DNA of 57,487 nt from Chiloscyllium plagiosum (GCF_004010195.1 NC_057718.1:13690553-13748039); one strand, 5' to 3'; counted from the stretch's first letter, positions 12,674-26,793 are shown. Made by a program: numbers and translations. The notes: generated by a model not told the origin, from the letters alone.

Positions 12674-13735
12674 ACATAGAACATAGAACATAGAACATTA
12701 CAGTGCAGTACAGGCCCTTCAGCCCTCAATGTTGCGCCGACCTGTCATACCAATCTGAAGCCCATCCCACCTACACTATTCCATGTACGTCCATTTACCT
12801 GTCCAATGACGACTTAAATGCACTTAAACTTGGCGAATCTACTACCGTTGCAGGCAAAGCATTCCATACCCTTACTACTCTCTGAGTAAAGAAACTACCT
12901 CTGACATCTGTCTTATACCTATCTCCCCTCACTTTAAAGTTGTGTCCCCTCGTGTTTGCTGTCACCATACTTGGAAAAAGGCTCTCCCTGTCCACCCTAT
13001 CCAACCCTCTGATTATCTTGTATGTCTCCATTAAGTCACCTCTCAACCTTCTTCTCTCTAACGAGAACAGCCTCAAGGCCCTCAGCCTTTCCTTGTAAGA
13101 CATTCCTTCCATACCCGGCAACATCCTAGTAAATTTCCTCTGCACCCTTTCCAAAGCTTCCACACCCTTCTTATAATGCGGTGACCAGAACTATACACAA
13201 TACTCCAAGTGTGGCTGTACCAGAGCTTTGTACAGCTGCAGCATAAACTCCTGGCTCCGGAACTCAATCCCTCTATTAACAAAGGCCAAAACACTATGCC
13301 TTCTTAACAACCCTGTCAATCTGGGTGACAACTTTCAGGGACCTGTGTACATGGACACCGAGATCTCTCTGCTCATCTGCACTCCCAAGAATCTTACCAT
13401 TAGCCCAGTATTTTGCATTCCGATTACTCCATCCAAAGTGTATCACCTCACACTTGTCCACATTAAACTCCATTTGCCACCTCTCAGCCCAGCTCTGCAT
13501 CCTATGTCTATCTGCAACCTACTACATCCTTCCCTTACTAACCCACCCTTCTAAGCCCTCATCCAAGTCATTTATAAAAGTGACGAACAGTAGTGGACCC
13601 AACACTGACCCTTGTGGTACGCCGCTAGTAACTGGACACCAAGATGAACATGTTCCATCAACTACAACTCTCTGTTTTCTTTCAACAAGCCAATTACTGA
13701 TCCAAACTGCTATGTCTCCCACAATCCCATTCACA
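12674..13735 (-). mobile_element. Relatively young CR1-type LINE 3' part
   Basis: ORFs [38 protein letters not shown]...WNALP; (TCTATGT)n tail at 12674-12697. Confidence 0.92.
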
Positions 13736-15153
13736 TATACCACATCAACCCTATTATCTCATCAAATAATCAAGTTAGTTAAACTCAACTGGTTTGTCTT
13801 AATCAGTTTTTGTTGTTTTTCCTTCATTAATCCACAGTTGGTCCCCAAGGAATTGTCAATATTGCCTTTGGTTATCCTTTCCTTACCTTTGAGGTTAAAT
13901 TGACTGTTCTATAGTTGCTGGGTTTATCCTTTTACTATTTGCTTAATGAAGGTGTGAGCGTTTGCTAATCTCCTAGCCCTCAATTCTACTGCCGTTTCTA
14001 AGAAGAATCAGAGGATTACAGACAGTGCCTCTTCAATTTCCATCGCCACTTCCCTCTGTATCAAGGTACGATTACATAACAACTTTGTATCCTGCCAGCC
14101 TTTCAAATACTAACTCGACCAATGTTTAGCCCATGTACTATCTCCTCCTTCACTATGACTTTGGCAATATCTTCTGCTTTGGTAAAGTATTCATCTTACC
14201 CTCATCCATTTGTAGATCAATCTTCTGATCCCTAATCAGCTGCACCCCTCCTCTTAAAATATTTTACCCTTCAATTGCCTATAGAAGACTTCTGGAATTT
14301 TTTTTAAGAAAAACTTTGCTCATGGAATGTAGGCCAGCACTTGTTATCCATCTCTCCTTGCAGAGGGGGCAGTTAGGAGTCAACCACATTAGGATCATAT
14401 GTCATCCAGACTCCAATTATGATAGATCTCCTTCTCCAAAAGGATATTAGTGAATCTAATAGATTTGTACTGCAATCAAGTGGTTAGACAGTCATCATTA
14501 AGCTAGTTTTAATTCCAGATTTTTCATCAAATCGAATTTCACTATCTTCCATGGTGGGATTCAAACTCGTCCCTCGAACATTAGCCTCAAGTTCTAGATT
14601 ATTACATTACCACCATTCTACATTACCACCACACCTCAAATCAATATCAGCTACCAGCTCCTTCTCATTTTCCTGCTGTCACTTACTTTCTTTCTCATTT
14701 TCTCCCCAAAGTATCTAAATGTAATTGAGAACCAGGTTAAATAATCAACCAGTCATCTGCAATAAGAGCCCTTTATCGGTACCTTACTCTCCATTTCTTT
14801 CATCGACACTTTGGTGCTTTCACAATTGTCTGAAAGTTCAAAAAAATGTTACATGCCTATTTAAGAATTGAATTAGTGCTTTTCTTTAAGGCATACAAAG
14901 CTTCAGTAATTTGAATTATAATATATTTCCTAAGAACATTGTAACAAGCAAATTTTATAATGAAGAAGTGTCATAACATTTAATGAATACAATGGATTGA
15001 TGGTTAAGCTACATTTCAAATGATTTACTTAGAATGAAAGATCTGTTCAGTATTCCCAATATGGTGGGAGAAATACATTCAAAATATCCGCAAGTACTTG
15101 TCAAAAAATATATCAGGAAAATTAGACTTAAAGCATAACAGAGCGCAACTCAC

Positions 15154-15328
15154 CTCTGAGGTATTTCACTTTGAGAAACTCCGGACTTGCTTTCTGACCT
15201 GGAAGTGGGTCATTCAACATCACTTTAGTCTGAGCTTTAATTCCCTCATAAAACTGGCCCATAGCAACGTGGCCCAGGCCTCTCATGTACTGGCAAACCT
15301 CATTGTATGGTTCCAACTGCAGGCACCC
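15154..15328 (-). CDS. TTC13: TTC13 coding exon 11
   Basis: ag/gt flanked, 175 nt, GCLQLEPYNEVCQYMRGLGHVAMGQFYEGIKAQTKVMLNDPLPGQKASPEFLKVKYLR. Confidence 0.97.
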
Positions 15329-15599
15329 CTACAATTTTTTTGACAAAAGGAAGCAAGCACATTTACGGAGTTAGTTTCTCAAACTTCACAAATTCTGTGG
15401 TAGTATTTGCAGAAATAGATATTTAAACAATATTAAACTGATCCCTAGTTCTTTCTCAGTACTTACACAAATAAGTAGCAGCATTGAGAACAGTGATAAA
15501 TTGGTAAATATGCAGAGGTGACATTAAAACCGAAGTCCTTCACTAAGAAGTTTGCAACACATGGCAAATTCAAGGCGTAAAGTAACAGTCATCCCCAGA

Positions 15600-16544
15600 G
15601 TGTATTTTTCAGTGAACATAATGTGCTTTCTAGAAGACTATAAAGGATAAGATTGTGCTGCAATTGGTCCAAAACAATGAGTGGGCACCTAAACATGCAG
15701 GCTGATCGAGTTCCAATATACATCAGTGAAGAAGCAAATTTGAGAAGGTCAATGGATGCAGTAGGTTGAAAAGCAGAAGGATGAACTGTAAGGAAAAGAA
15801 AATTAACCATTTTAAAAAACAAAATTTTTATAAAGACAAAAAAGCAGTTGAAAGAGAGAGGACTGATTATAGACAATATGCTGGAATATGCATAAGACAA
15901 GAGGTAGATATGATGACACTATGGCTTTAAGAGGTGCATTTTGTTCTGGCTTTTTTTTTAAACTGAAGGTTGAAGCAGAGGTGATGAGCAGAATTCTCCA
16001 AAGCCAATAAAGAAAACAGCTTGGGAGGCCTTGGGTTTTTTTTTTTAAAAAGTTGGAACAACAGAAGTGGCCTGAATAGGTGGCGTGAAACTCCCACAGA
16101 AGCAAATTTCTTTTAAATTTTAGTCTTCAGCAGTTGCTGGTGTCTTGATGTGGAAGCTCTTATTCCTTTCTCTGTTACAGCTAAAAGCTGGAGATGTCTT
16201 CCTGCTGCTAGAATTGCATGTGAGATAATATATTTTACTGAATTTGTCTTTGCCAAGAGTGCGTTTAAGGGATGTTACTATATTCGAACAATTAATAAGC
16301 GGTGTATTATTTTGTGAAACATTGATAGTTATAGCCGTCATAGTTAAGCCAATTATTTTATTTTTATTTTGTTTATATTTTAACTGTAGTGTAAAAACAA
16401 AGTGTGTATCACTTAAAAGTTGAATAGTTTGACTAATCGAATTGTATCTCGAAGGCAAAGCCTTACACATAACTTTAAAATAAGGAAAAGTTAGGGTCTA
16501 AATCATCTTAACATATTTTGAGGGGATTTCATCTGGTCCATAAC
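15600..16544 (+). mobile_element. Probable decayed LTR-like repeat
   Basis: Ends in gtccataaca with LTR-like organisation similar to 5606-6319; 5' terminus and TSD not identified. Confidence 0.35.
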
Positions 16545-17849
16545 AATAGGTAGCAGTGAACTAAATCAATTAAAAATAGTACAAATCAATAAGATAGATG
16601 GAGACAAATTAGGATTTTAGCAGCAAAACCAACAAATCCAATGGGAGATATCTGAAGACATGAGTGGGATCACATGCACACATAAATGACGGAGCTAGCC
16701 TTGGCAAATACTTCAAGGTGTGCGTGTGTGCGCGTCCCTAATTGCTAAGAACTGTGTGTTTTGCTACATTCTTGAATTGTTGGCTATGTGGTTTACATTG
16801 ACCCTGGTATTGCTCAGAAGAGAATTTCATAATTTTGACTCGGAGAGTAAAGAAATGACAGAGGAGGAAAACGTGCTGTGGTAGTGTTCACATGCATATA
16901 TTACCCTCATTCATCTTGGTTATAAAGGTCGTGAATGTAGGCAGTGTTACCAAAGGACCCTTGCCAATTGTAGATGTTACACACTGCTGCTCCTGTGCTT
17001 CAGGAGTGAAAGATGTTAAGATTATCAATGTGATGCCACCGGACAGACTGCTTTGCCCTGGAGGGCGTCAAACTTTTTTTTTGTGTTGTTGGAGATTCAC
17101 TTATCCAGGCAATGGGAGACCATTCCATCACATGCATGCCTTGCAGGTGGACAGACTCTGGGGAGTCAAGAGCCTAGTTACTTGCTCTGAATTCCCAACC
17201 TCCTATATGCTTTTATAGGTGGAGTAATTATACAGCTGCTCTGGTTGTTTCTGATCACTGGTAGTTCCCATCAAGTTGAAAGTGGGCAATTCAGAAATAG
17301 CAATGCTATTCACTGTTATGTGGACATGATTAGGGCCTCTCTTGATGCAAGTTCTGTCTGGCACTTGTGCAGCCACTGTAGAGAACAACATACTGCAATC
17401 ATTAGATGCTGAAATGGTATGAAATCAATGTTATTAATAAGGAGATTAGGAGTGTTTGAAAGAACAGTAGATAGATCTTCACATTTAAAATATACAGCAA
17501 TTCTTAGAAGAGAAGACACTTCACCCGTGCTTCATACATAAACCAGATAGAGTATTACAGTCAGAAGATGTAACAGCATTCATGGTTCAAGAGATTCAAA
17601 GAAAGCTGAAATATGCAGTGTAAGCAACTGGTTAGACACATGAAATACCTGCAGTGGAATGAGAGGTTCCAGATTTGAAGCAGCATGGTTTTGGAGCAGC
17701 TTACTGAAATGGGAGTTGACAAACATAGAAACTGATACAATGATTAACAGAGTTGAGACCGTAACACTGGAAGCAGCAGGGTACACTGCTAAACTTCACA
17801 CCAACAATCCTGGAGTCAAGCTATTTTCAGTGACTTGTGGTAGGGATGT

Positions 17850-18059
17850 TTGAGGAGAAAGTGAGGTCTGCAGATGCTGGAGATCAGATCTGGAAATGTG
17901 TTGCTGGAAAAGCGCAGCAGGTCAGGCAGCATCCAGGGAACAGGAGAATCGACGTTTCGGGCATAAGCCCTGAAGAAGGGCTTATGCCCGAAACGTCGAT
18001 TCTCCTGTTCCCTGGATGCTGCCTGACCTGCTGCGCTTTTCCAGCAATACATTTCCAGC
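17850..18059. mobile_element. Near-perfect fold-back PLE-derived insertion centred on a hammerhead (family A)
   Basis: About 80-bp inverted arms; tail on left; TSD TGTGGTAGGGATGT at 17836-17849 and 18060-18073; core CTGAAGA...GAAACGTC at 17970-17997. Confidence 0.92.
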
Positions 18060-18475
18060 TGTGGTAGGGATGTGAACTGACAACTCCACTAGCTGGACTA
18101 TTAGGAAGGGGAGAGTGAGGGTTAAAACCATAGTGATGCACAACAATCTGATAGTTTAACAGGGAAGTAAGGGACCTTTTCTTTGATATTGAATGATATA
18201 GCGAGACTGTGTGTTGAATGTCTGGGTTAATGCAATGTTAGTCGCAATTTGACAGCAAACTTTCAAAGATATGGATATTTAAGCATATTTAAAATGTACC
18301 AAGGGATCTAAACTCTCAAAGTATGATGCTTTAAGTCTCATTAAAAGCCTTTTGTTTAAATCAATCTGCAGTAAATACCCTGGACCAAGGCAACAGAATG
18401 TCCTTGTGGCTCAGACCATCAAAATAAAATGAAATACTTTGATTCTCAAAGATAGACTAGTCAAAAAACATCACA

Positions 18476-18761
18476 GTGGCACGGTGGTTCAGTGATTAGC
18501 ACTGCTGCCTCACAGCACCAGGGACCGGGGTTCAATTCCAGCCTTGGGTGACTGTCTGCGTGGGTTTCCTCTGGATACTCCAGTTTCCTCTCAGTCCAAA
18601 GATGTGCAGGTCAGGTGAATTGGCCATGCTAAATTGCCCATAGTGTCAGTCGCATTAGTCACAGGAGAAATGGGTACGAGTGGGTTACTCTTCGGAGGGT
18701 TGGTGTGGACTTGTTGGGCCGAAGGACTTATTTACACTCTACAGGGAATCTAATCTAATCT
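18476..18761 (+). mobile_element. tRNA-derived V-SINE (HE1-like)
   Basis: A box tggttcagtga, B box ggttcaattcc, V domain, (aatct)n tail. Confidence 0.9.
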
Positions 18762-19369
18762 ACACATTAAAAAAGGCAGTCAGGTCTGTGGTGGAATCTT
18801 TTCAGTGATTTAGGCAACAAATGCAAGTTAAGCTCAGTATCTGGCATTATCTGAATCCCAAGATGAGAGATTTGTAACTAACAAGGAAGCATCATCACAT
18901 CTCTTTCTGCTAATTTCAAGACTCCCATTTTTTGCTGACACCTTGGACATGTTGAGGAAAACTGGATGCCAGACACAACATCACATTTTTCACATTAATG
19001 ATATCGGGAAAAGGCATTTTGGTCAAATGGCTACAACAGTTCTCTAAATTATGATGAAATATGTTTAAATTTATGCACATACATAGGCTTGTTGGGACTA
19101 GCTAGCTCTTTATTATGAATTAGAAAAAAAAAATTAGATGTATGCCAACTTTTCGGTCAATTTTTTTGTTTACAAGGCAATTATGGTTTTGACTGCTCTG
19201 TTGTCAAATGCCAATGTAAGCTCACACCTACATTAAAATAGGAAAAGAAAAACAAATCACAAAAAATTCCGGTTGGTTCATAAATATTAACAGCAGCATT
19301 GATACACGAGAGAAAGTCAAATACCTTCCAATTTCTCCAACCCTGAGTAAATGTCAAAAAGTACATCAG

Positions 19370-19700
19370 CATGGTGGCACAGTGGTTAGCACTGCCATCT
19401 CACAGCACCAGGGACTCAGGTTCAATTCCAGACATGAGCAACCATCTGTGTCGAGTTTGTATGTTCTCCCCAGTGGGTTTTCCGGACATGGTCTTGTTTC
19501 CTCCCACAGTCCAAAGATGTGCAGGTTTTGTCGGTTGGCCATGCTAAAAATTACTTTGTAATGCCCAAGAATGTGCAGGTTAAGTGTATTAGCCATGGTA
19601 AATGGGATGAGGTGCAGATCTGGCTGGAATGCTCGACAAAGGATCATTGCAGACTCAATAGGCTAACTGGCTTTTTTCTGCACTGTAGGAATTATATGAC
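19370..19700 (+). mobile_element. tRNA-derived V-SINE (older copy)
   Basis: ggtggcacagtggttagcactgcc...ggttcaattcc...ccaaagatgtgcag. Confidence 0.85.
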
Positions 19701-19768
19701 TGAGTGGGAGAAATGAATCTGAAAAACCTTTTAATATCAATTGGAAAACCTCTAGGAATATCACATAC

Positions 19769-19910
19769 CTTAAAGTCAGTCAAAGCATCCTGGACACTGC
19801 CATGATGATAAAGCATCATTCCTCTCAACTGAAGGGACTGAATGTGGTTCTGATTCAATATTAAGGCCTTTTGGAAACTTTCCATAGCTGCTTCAAAGTC
19901 ACCCAATTCT
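19769..19910 (-). CDS. TTC13: TTC13 coding exon 10 (TPR)
   Basis: ag/gt flanked, 142 nt, ELGDFEAAMESFQKALILNQNHIQSLQLRGMMLYHHGSVQDALTDFK. Confidence 0.97.
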
Positions 19911-21756
19911 CTGTAGAAAAATACAGTATCACAATAGAATGCATCAGCCTCACATGCCAACTTTTCCCCACAATTAACACTAGTAAACTTGCCCATCATG
20001 AATAAATAATGTCAATTAAGACAGTTTTCCAATTATATTAAGCAGCATTTGTTAATACAAATTAAGGAGTTTGGAGAAAGACAAACACTGAAGGTTAAAT
20101 CAGGGATCATGCTATCTGAATAATGCAGAGGAGAAGTGTTTACCACCTTCATGCTGGCTTTAGTTGAATTCCAAATGGTACTGAAGTTTAAAACAATCCC
20201 TTCTCAAATACATTCTGAATTCTTAATGGCAAGTCAACTATTAGATAAAAGCACAGGCTGGTGGCTAGCAAGCAACAAGGAGCTAATAGTATACCTCTTA
20301 CTTTACTATGCCTGCATCACTCAATGGACACTGTATGAATGTCACCAGAACATTCTAATAATTCTTCAGAGTGTATTAGGCTGAAATAGAGTCCCATTCA
20401 TAGCCAGCTTGGAAAATTGTCAAGTTCACTCGCATGCTCAACATCAATCAATCTTTACTTATCTTCCTTCAGTTTTAACGGTGTCTGCTAAATCCTCATT
20501 CAACAGTGTCTCAAGATTGCAGAACAAATTTTCAAGTCCAATGTGCCAGGAAAAGAGAAAAATAGTTGGACTAACAAAGCAGCTATGTGCTCAAGCTGAA
20601 CTGTGGTCTCAGCTTGTACCAAACGTTCCATAAAAATGGACACACCTCTCATTCCCTACTTGCAAAGGGAGCAGAAAATATTGCAAACAATCATGAGAGA
20701 ACTACAAATTTTACTAATTACCACGTTAGTCAAAACTGAGTAAAGTGTTCTTTTATCCAGAATACAAAAGTATTTCATTGACTTAATCTAGGCCAGACTT
20801 GCTCGAAGGAAAAACATTCAAATCTGACACATTCTAACCCAAAGAATGAATGTGAAGGATATCATATGTGGAGCTTAGATGTTCACTTTGAACATGTGCG
20901 TGGAAGAGTTGTATTTATGTAGATCACGAAAATAATAATTTGAAGGTTGAATTATTTCAGTTTGGTAAGAAAACTGCAAGTACAGCGAGAAATGATCCCC
21001 CTGTCAAGTAGAGAGTCAAAAACCACAAGACATTGGAACAGTGGTTATGTTGTCACAGTTGAATCCAGTGTGGTGGGTTAATGATCCTGTGACATGTATT
21101 CAAATCTCAGAAGACAATTTGGTTAATGGATGAAAAAGGTGGTGGTGTCCGTGTGACTACCAGATTGTCACAGCATCCAATAGTTCACTAACATCTCGGG
21201 GGAGTGAAATCTGCTGTCCTGACCCAATCTAGCCTATTTGACTTCTGACATACAACCATATGGTTGATTCATAACTGCCGTGTGAAATGGGTAGGCAAGC
21301 CACTCCATTGTCAAAAAGTCTCATCACTGCCTGTGAGAGGACTGTTCGGGAAGGGCAATAAATGCCAACCTTTGACAGTAAAAGCTACTGCTTGAACGTA
21401 TGAAGTAAAACACAAACTGGACACAAATGAGTAAATGAGTAAGTAGGGCAAAAAAAAAATGCAGATTGATTTTTTCGAAAAATGTTGAAGATCTTAGACT
21501 TTGCACTCTTGAAAAATTAGCTCAGAAATGCCGATGGCCCTGCTCCAGCTAAAGCAATTTTCTGTAATATCATCGAAGAGTCAGTGGAGGAGTAAGCTAG
21601 TCTAACAATCCTACCAGCAGATCAAATTACAGAAGTCTTTTGTTGTTAGTCCGTACCCTCATATTTGTTCCAATTTAGTGAATAAAAATAAACTAAGAAC
21701 TGAATTAAAAGCACTTTATTAGTCCGCCTTCCCACCAAAACTAAAACTAAACAAAC

Positions 21757-21839
21757 CTGTAGGCTTGGCCCAGACTTCTATAAGCATCCGTAAAATCTGT
21801 TTTGAGTTTAATGGCATCTTTAAATGTATCAATTGCTTC
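21757..21839 (-). CDS. TTC13: TTC13 coding exon 9 (TPR)
   Basis: ag/gt flanked, 83 nt, EAIDTFKDAIKLKTDFTDAYRSLGQAYR. Confidence 0.95.
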
Positions 21840-22013
21840 CTACAAGAGCAAAGAACAAAAACAAGATTTATTTTACAAACTAATCACATGAAACAAATAC
21901 AACGTGCCTATTTTACAGCAGAATTTTCTCTAAATCGTTATTTAGATCAACCAATTAGCTGATCACAAACCGCAAGTAATTGATACTACAAGAACAGGAT
22001 ATATTTTAATATA

Positions 22014-22171
22014 GAATCGAGTGTGATGCTGGAAAAGCACAGCAGTATCCGAGGAGCAGGAGAATCGAGGTTTACTGCATAAGCCCTTCATCATTACTGA
22101 CGTGCTGCTGTGCTTTTCCAGCACCACGCTCTCGACTCTGATCTCCAACATTTGCAGTCCTCACTTTCTTC
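22014..22171. mobile_element. Short fold-back PLE-derived insertion (family A)
   Basis: TSD TATATTTTAATATA at 22000-22013 and 22172-22185; tail on right. Confidence 0.85.
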
Positions 22172-22724
22172 TATATTTTAATATACCAAAAGCAACACTG
22201 TGGCCCAGAATACTGAGCCTCAACACACTGTAGCGTAAATTAGTAAAATGTCAATCCTAAATGTCAACTCCCTCTGTCAATCATAGGAATTGCATGGAGC
22301 TGAAGGAGACGGTTGGAGAAATGCTCTAAGAATTGCCTTAAACGTAGCCTCCAGATGCAGTCAATGGTTGAATTCTAAGAAAGGAAAGAGCTAATGCTCA
22401 TTAAACCAGAAAGGATCAATACAACAAATGTGCTGCACCAGGTACTGAGGCTTCATCTTAAGTTCACTTACAAGCAACCTTTGTGAGCTATGGAGTAAAC
22501 AAGGAACTTTATCCCCAAGTATTAACATTTCAATACTAAAGGGCTATTTACATAATCCTTGTGGTAAATTTTCTTGTGGTCTTGGTAGAGAAGCTGTGGA
22601 AGTATTGCATCAAAAATGCATGAAATAGCATTTCTGCAAAATCAGTAAATATATATATATTTACGAAATAATGGCTCCAGAAAATAAAATTATATAACTT
22701 TAATTTCCAGATACTGTCACATTA

Positions 22725-22898
22725 CAGATGAACCTCGATTATCCGGCTTTCGAGTACCCAAATATTGGATTATCCAGCAAGATCACAAGGTCTCAATGCT
22801 TGGCTAAACTACGTTTGCTGGCATTCGATTATCCGGAATTTAATTTACCAAACGAAATACTTCCCACTCACGTCCTTTGGACAGTCGAGGTTCCTCTG
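22725..22898. mobile_element. Tc1/mariner (pogo/Tigger-like) MITE, 174 bp
   Basis: TIRs CAGATGAACCTCGATTATCC and CAGAGGAACCTCGACTGTCC (17/20 identical); TA on both sides. Confidence 0.8.
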
Positions 22899-23260
22899 TA
22901 CTTAGATATACAGTTCCTTCAAAATCTGCAAGGGAGATTAAATTTAAATCAGCTTGAGGGGGAAACAAAACAATGCAGGACAATGAATTGATCCAGCAGT
23001 TAAGACTCCGGAAGGACAGACAACAACTTTTATAGATGGAAGTTTATCACTCTTGCATCCCAGTAGGTCAATTCTGTTCTCCAGAGAACAGCTCACAAGT
23101 TGTGGAAATACTGCTACCTAATAATTTAAATGACTTGTCAGCTATCTAAAAGGTATAATTATAAGTGAATAACTCAGCAGCAGGTGTAATTCTGGATTTC
23201 TCAAACACATAAAATTGATGGATTTGGTTTAATATCCTTATTCTAACATAATACACTTAC

Positions 23261-23371
23261 CTTCAGCATACCTCTGTGATAGAAGGTTAAACCTTTGTAC
23301 AGCATTGCAATTGGTTGATATTTCTTCATTTCTAAAGACAACTGGAAATCTTCATGTGCTGCTGCATAATC
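23261..23371 (-). CDS. TTC13: TTC13 coding exon 8 (TPR)
   Basis: ag/gt flanked, 111 nt, DYAAAHEDFQLSLEMKKYQPIAMLYKGLTFYHRGMLK. Confidence 0.96.
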
Positions 23372-23679
23372 CTGGATGATATAATTACACAAAAGCTAGA
23401 AATCTACTTAAAACTTAGAAATAAAACCAAAGTATTTTTTAAAAAAACGTGGTAACATAACTATTCTTCCAAGTTGATTATCCAAACATATCAAATACTA
23501 ATTTCTTTAATTACAGAGTTTAGTGTGATGGAGTGCACATTGTAGATCAGTCGTGCCTTCGATAAGAGCAGGTGCCATATGGAAAGGGAAAAAGGAAAAA
23601 TATCAAGTTGCCCTAGGACCTATTTATGTCAATAAAAACACCAATTCTTTCAATACATTCTCTTAAATGCACAAAAATA

Positions 23680-24135
23680 CAAAACAGGGGGAGAATAGAC
23701 CACTTGGCCACTTAAGCCTGCTCGATCATTCAACAAGATCATGGCTGATCTGTTTGTGCCTTGCATTCCATATTCCAATCTACATCAGATCTGATAACAT
23801 CAGATTCCCCTTCCTAAGATTACCAACCTTGCCCTGAAGAGGATCAGAGACCCCTGCTTCCACTACTTGCTAAGGCAAGGAGTTCTTAACCCTGAGGAAA
23901 CATATTCTCCCAAAATTCTGTCATAAAACAGCAACCACTAATTTTAAAACAATATCCTTTGGTTCTGGACTTACAAACAAAAGGTAACATCCCTCCCATG
24001 TCCACCTTGTCAGAACTATTCAGAATCCTCTACACCAGTTAAGTCATCCCTCACTTTAAACTCCAGTGGAAACAAGCCCAGCATATCAAACCTGTCCTCA
24101 TGAGACAACCCACTCATTCCAGATATCAAGTAAAA
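23680..24135 (-). mobile_element. Old CR1/L2-type LINE 3' fragment
   Basis: Reverse-strand 3' UTR (ccattcaa-like..gatcatggctgatc) and RT C-terminal remnants. Confidence 0.65.
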
Positions 24136-24144
24136 GCTCTTCTA

Positions 24145-25795
24145 AGGACTTGATGGGATGCATCCTAGGAGATTAAAAGAAGGAGCTTCAGAGATAGTGG
24201 ATGCACTGAATCCATAGATTCTGGAAAAGTTCCAGATTAGAAAACTGCCAACTTAACACCTTTATGTAAAAAAAAAGGAAAGGAGATAAAAAAATGTTCT
24301 CAAATCAACCTCGTTAGAGATGTTATTACACACCTCTGGAGCAGGTGGGATTGAAACTGGGCCTGCCAGTTAGCTCAATGTCTGCTATTGAGAAATGTTA
24401 AGAGTACATTATAAAGGATGAGAATTCTTTGAGGAAGTGACAGATAGCTAAAGGGGCAGCAGATGTAAAATATTTATATTTTCAGATGTTTGAAAAGGTA
24501 TCACGTGTTAGGTTACTTATTAAGCTAAGAGCCCATGGTGTTGAAAATAGTACATTAACATAAATAGAGGATCGGCTAATTATCACAGGATAGAGAACAG
24601 AGATAAGGGGTCATGTTCAGGATGCAACCTATAATGAATGAAGGGTTATAGGGATTAGTGCTGAGCCACAATTACAATATATATTAGTCACCTGGATGAC
24701 AAAGTAAATGTACAATAGTCAAGTGTATGGAAGTCAAAAATAGTTGCGAAGTCAGGTACTCAACCATCTACAGAGGGATATAAACAAATTAAGCAAATGA
24801 GCCAAAAAAAAAGGCAGATAGAATAGAATGTGGGAAAGTGATAGATAATGCAATTTGGCAGGAAGAATAGAGAACCTGATTATTATTGAAATGGAGAAAG
24901 ACTTCAGAAAACAACAGCAAACAGGATTTGGGAGTCCTCATGCATAAAGCACAAAAAGCTAGCATACATGTTCAGAGGGTGATCGAGAAGTCAAATATTT
25001 TTATTTCAAACGGAATGAAGTGTAAACATTGGAACATCTTCCTTGAACTAGTGAGATTCAGCTGGAATACTATGAACATTTATGGGCCCTTTTATAAGGA
25101 AAGATACAGACCAGCATTGAAGACAGTCTAGAAAAAGTTCAGTAGGTTGAAATCAGGTATGGAGGGATTGCCTTATGAGGGGAAATGGAGTAGACTGGAC
25201 TTATACTGCTTGGAGTTCAGAAAAAGGAAAGGCAACCTAATGAAATGTGCAAGTTGCTTAGGGGACTTGACAGGATCAATGCTGAAAGGTTGTTTCCCCT
25301 TCTGGGAAGGTCGAGGGTCAAAGGGCATAATCTCAGAATAAGACACCATCCATTTAAAATACAGATGAGGAGGAATATCTTGGAGAGTAGTGAATTTGTG
25401 GAATTCTTTACACAGTGACTCAGCCTCTACAGACCTAAGTACATTCAAGGCTGATTTCTAATCAGTGTGGTGCTGGAAAAGCACAACTGGGCAGGCAGCA
25501 TTCGAGGAGCAGGAGAGTCTACCTTCATCAGGCTTCTGCCTGAAACGTCGATTCTCCTGCTCCTCGAATGCTGCCTGACCAGTTGTGCTTTTCCAGCATC
25601 ACACTCTTCAACTCTGATCTCCAGCATCCTCAGTCTTCGCTTTATCCTAGATTTCAAATCAGTAAGGGAATCAAGTATTAAGGAGAAAAGCTCGAAAAGT
25701 GGATTCCTGAGTGATCAAATCAGCCATGATCTCAAACAGTGGAGCAGATTCAATGGGCTGAATTGGCTTGCTCCTGCTATGTCTTATGGTCTAAG
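24145..25795 (+). mobile_element. Decayed CR1/L2-type LINE with nested insertions
   Basis: RT remnants (QDLGVLMHK, MEGLPYEGKWSRLDLY); interrupted by PLE insertion 25467-25649. Confidence 0.75.
25467..25649. mobile_element. Fold-back PLE-derived insertion (family A)
   Basis: TSD GATTTC(T/A)AATCAGT at 25453-25466 and 25650-25663; junction ccttcatcagg|cttctgcctgaaacgtc lies in the hammerhead. Confidence 0.85.
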
Positions 25796-26554
25796 ACATT
25801 TACATCCTCCAGTAATAAAGTGTACTCACTCACATACAAATTTCTCTCTCCACTCCCTTTCACAAGGACATTAAATCATTTATGAGTTATAGTTACACTT
25901 TTACTAGTTGTGATTCAGTATTTCATCAAGTATCAACCTAGACTGTGTTTTTCTGGTTTTATTTTTATAGGAAGCTGATGTATAGCCATGCACTTTTCGT
26001 CACAATGTTTGGATGGTGATAACAAGTGCATATCTGACCAACTTCCCATTCACAAAAGGCACTACACCAAATTGTAACAAGCCCACTACCTTTTCAGCTA
26101 AGAGCAGTTAATTTAGCACAGATCCATGATCAGATGTGGGGACACCAGCTCTATGTGATTTACTGATTCATTGCTTGAATCATCTGATTCACCCAGTAGG
26201 CTTGTCTATGGATCTGCTAAATGTTTCAGCAAGCGTATAAAAAATTGTCTGCCTCAAGAGTTTGGCTTTAATGTGTCTCGTCAACTATCATTTATGCTCA
26301 TCACTTCACAGAATCAAACAATAATCGGGTTTTACCCTTTCTAAATGCTCCAACATCTTATTTATTTTCATGAGCTCCCTTTCTGCTTGACTGCAGGTTT
26401 AAACCTTCATTTTAGCTACAATTGTTGAAATATAACCTTGTGATGTAACAAACACTCCTTACAAAATTCAGTTTTTATGGCTGGGTTCTTAGGTTGTTAC
26501 TGTAATACAATAATTATTGCTAACAACAGCAAGCATCATTATTTATGCACATAC

Positions 26555-26671
26555 CTCAGATATGAAGTGAAGGGTGCCTCGATGTCTGTACAGACGTGCT
26601 GTTGGGCGCAACTGAATGGCCCTGCTGAGATCGTTCAAAGCTTCACTGATTCGACCCAGGGGAGACAGAAT
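26555..26671 (-). CDS. TTC13: TTC13 coding exon 7 (TPR)
   Basis: ag/gt flanked, 117 nt, ILSPLGRISEALNDLSRAIQLRPTARLYRHRGTLHFISE. Confidence 0.96.
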
Positions 26672-26793
26672 CTGCCAAATTAGAAAACAGGGATACCAGT
26701 ATCATAATATGCACATAAACCACCCTAATTGCTTTCCATGACAACAAGCATGTCAGAACTATAATTAAGACAATGAACCAAAACAAATCTTAC

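Noticed and set aside
17850..18059. Palindromes as pre-miRNAs, terminators or CRISPR repeats
   Set aside because: Multi-copy, TSD-flanked, derived from PLE pLTR sequence; eukaryotic context and no repeat-spacer array
18476..18545. tRNA gene
   Set aside because: A/B boxes continue into a V-SINE body and tail; it is a SINE head
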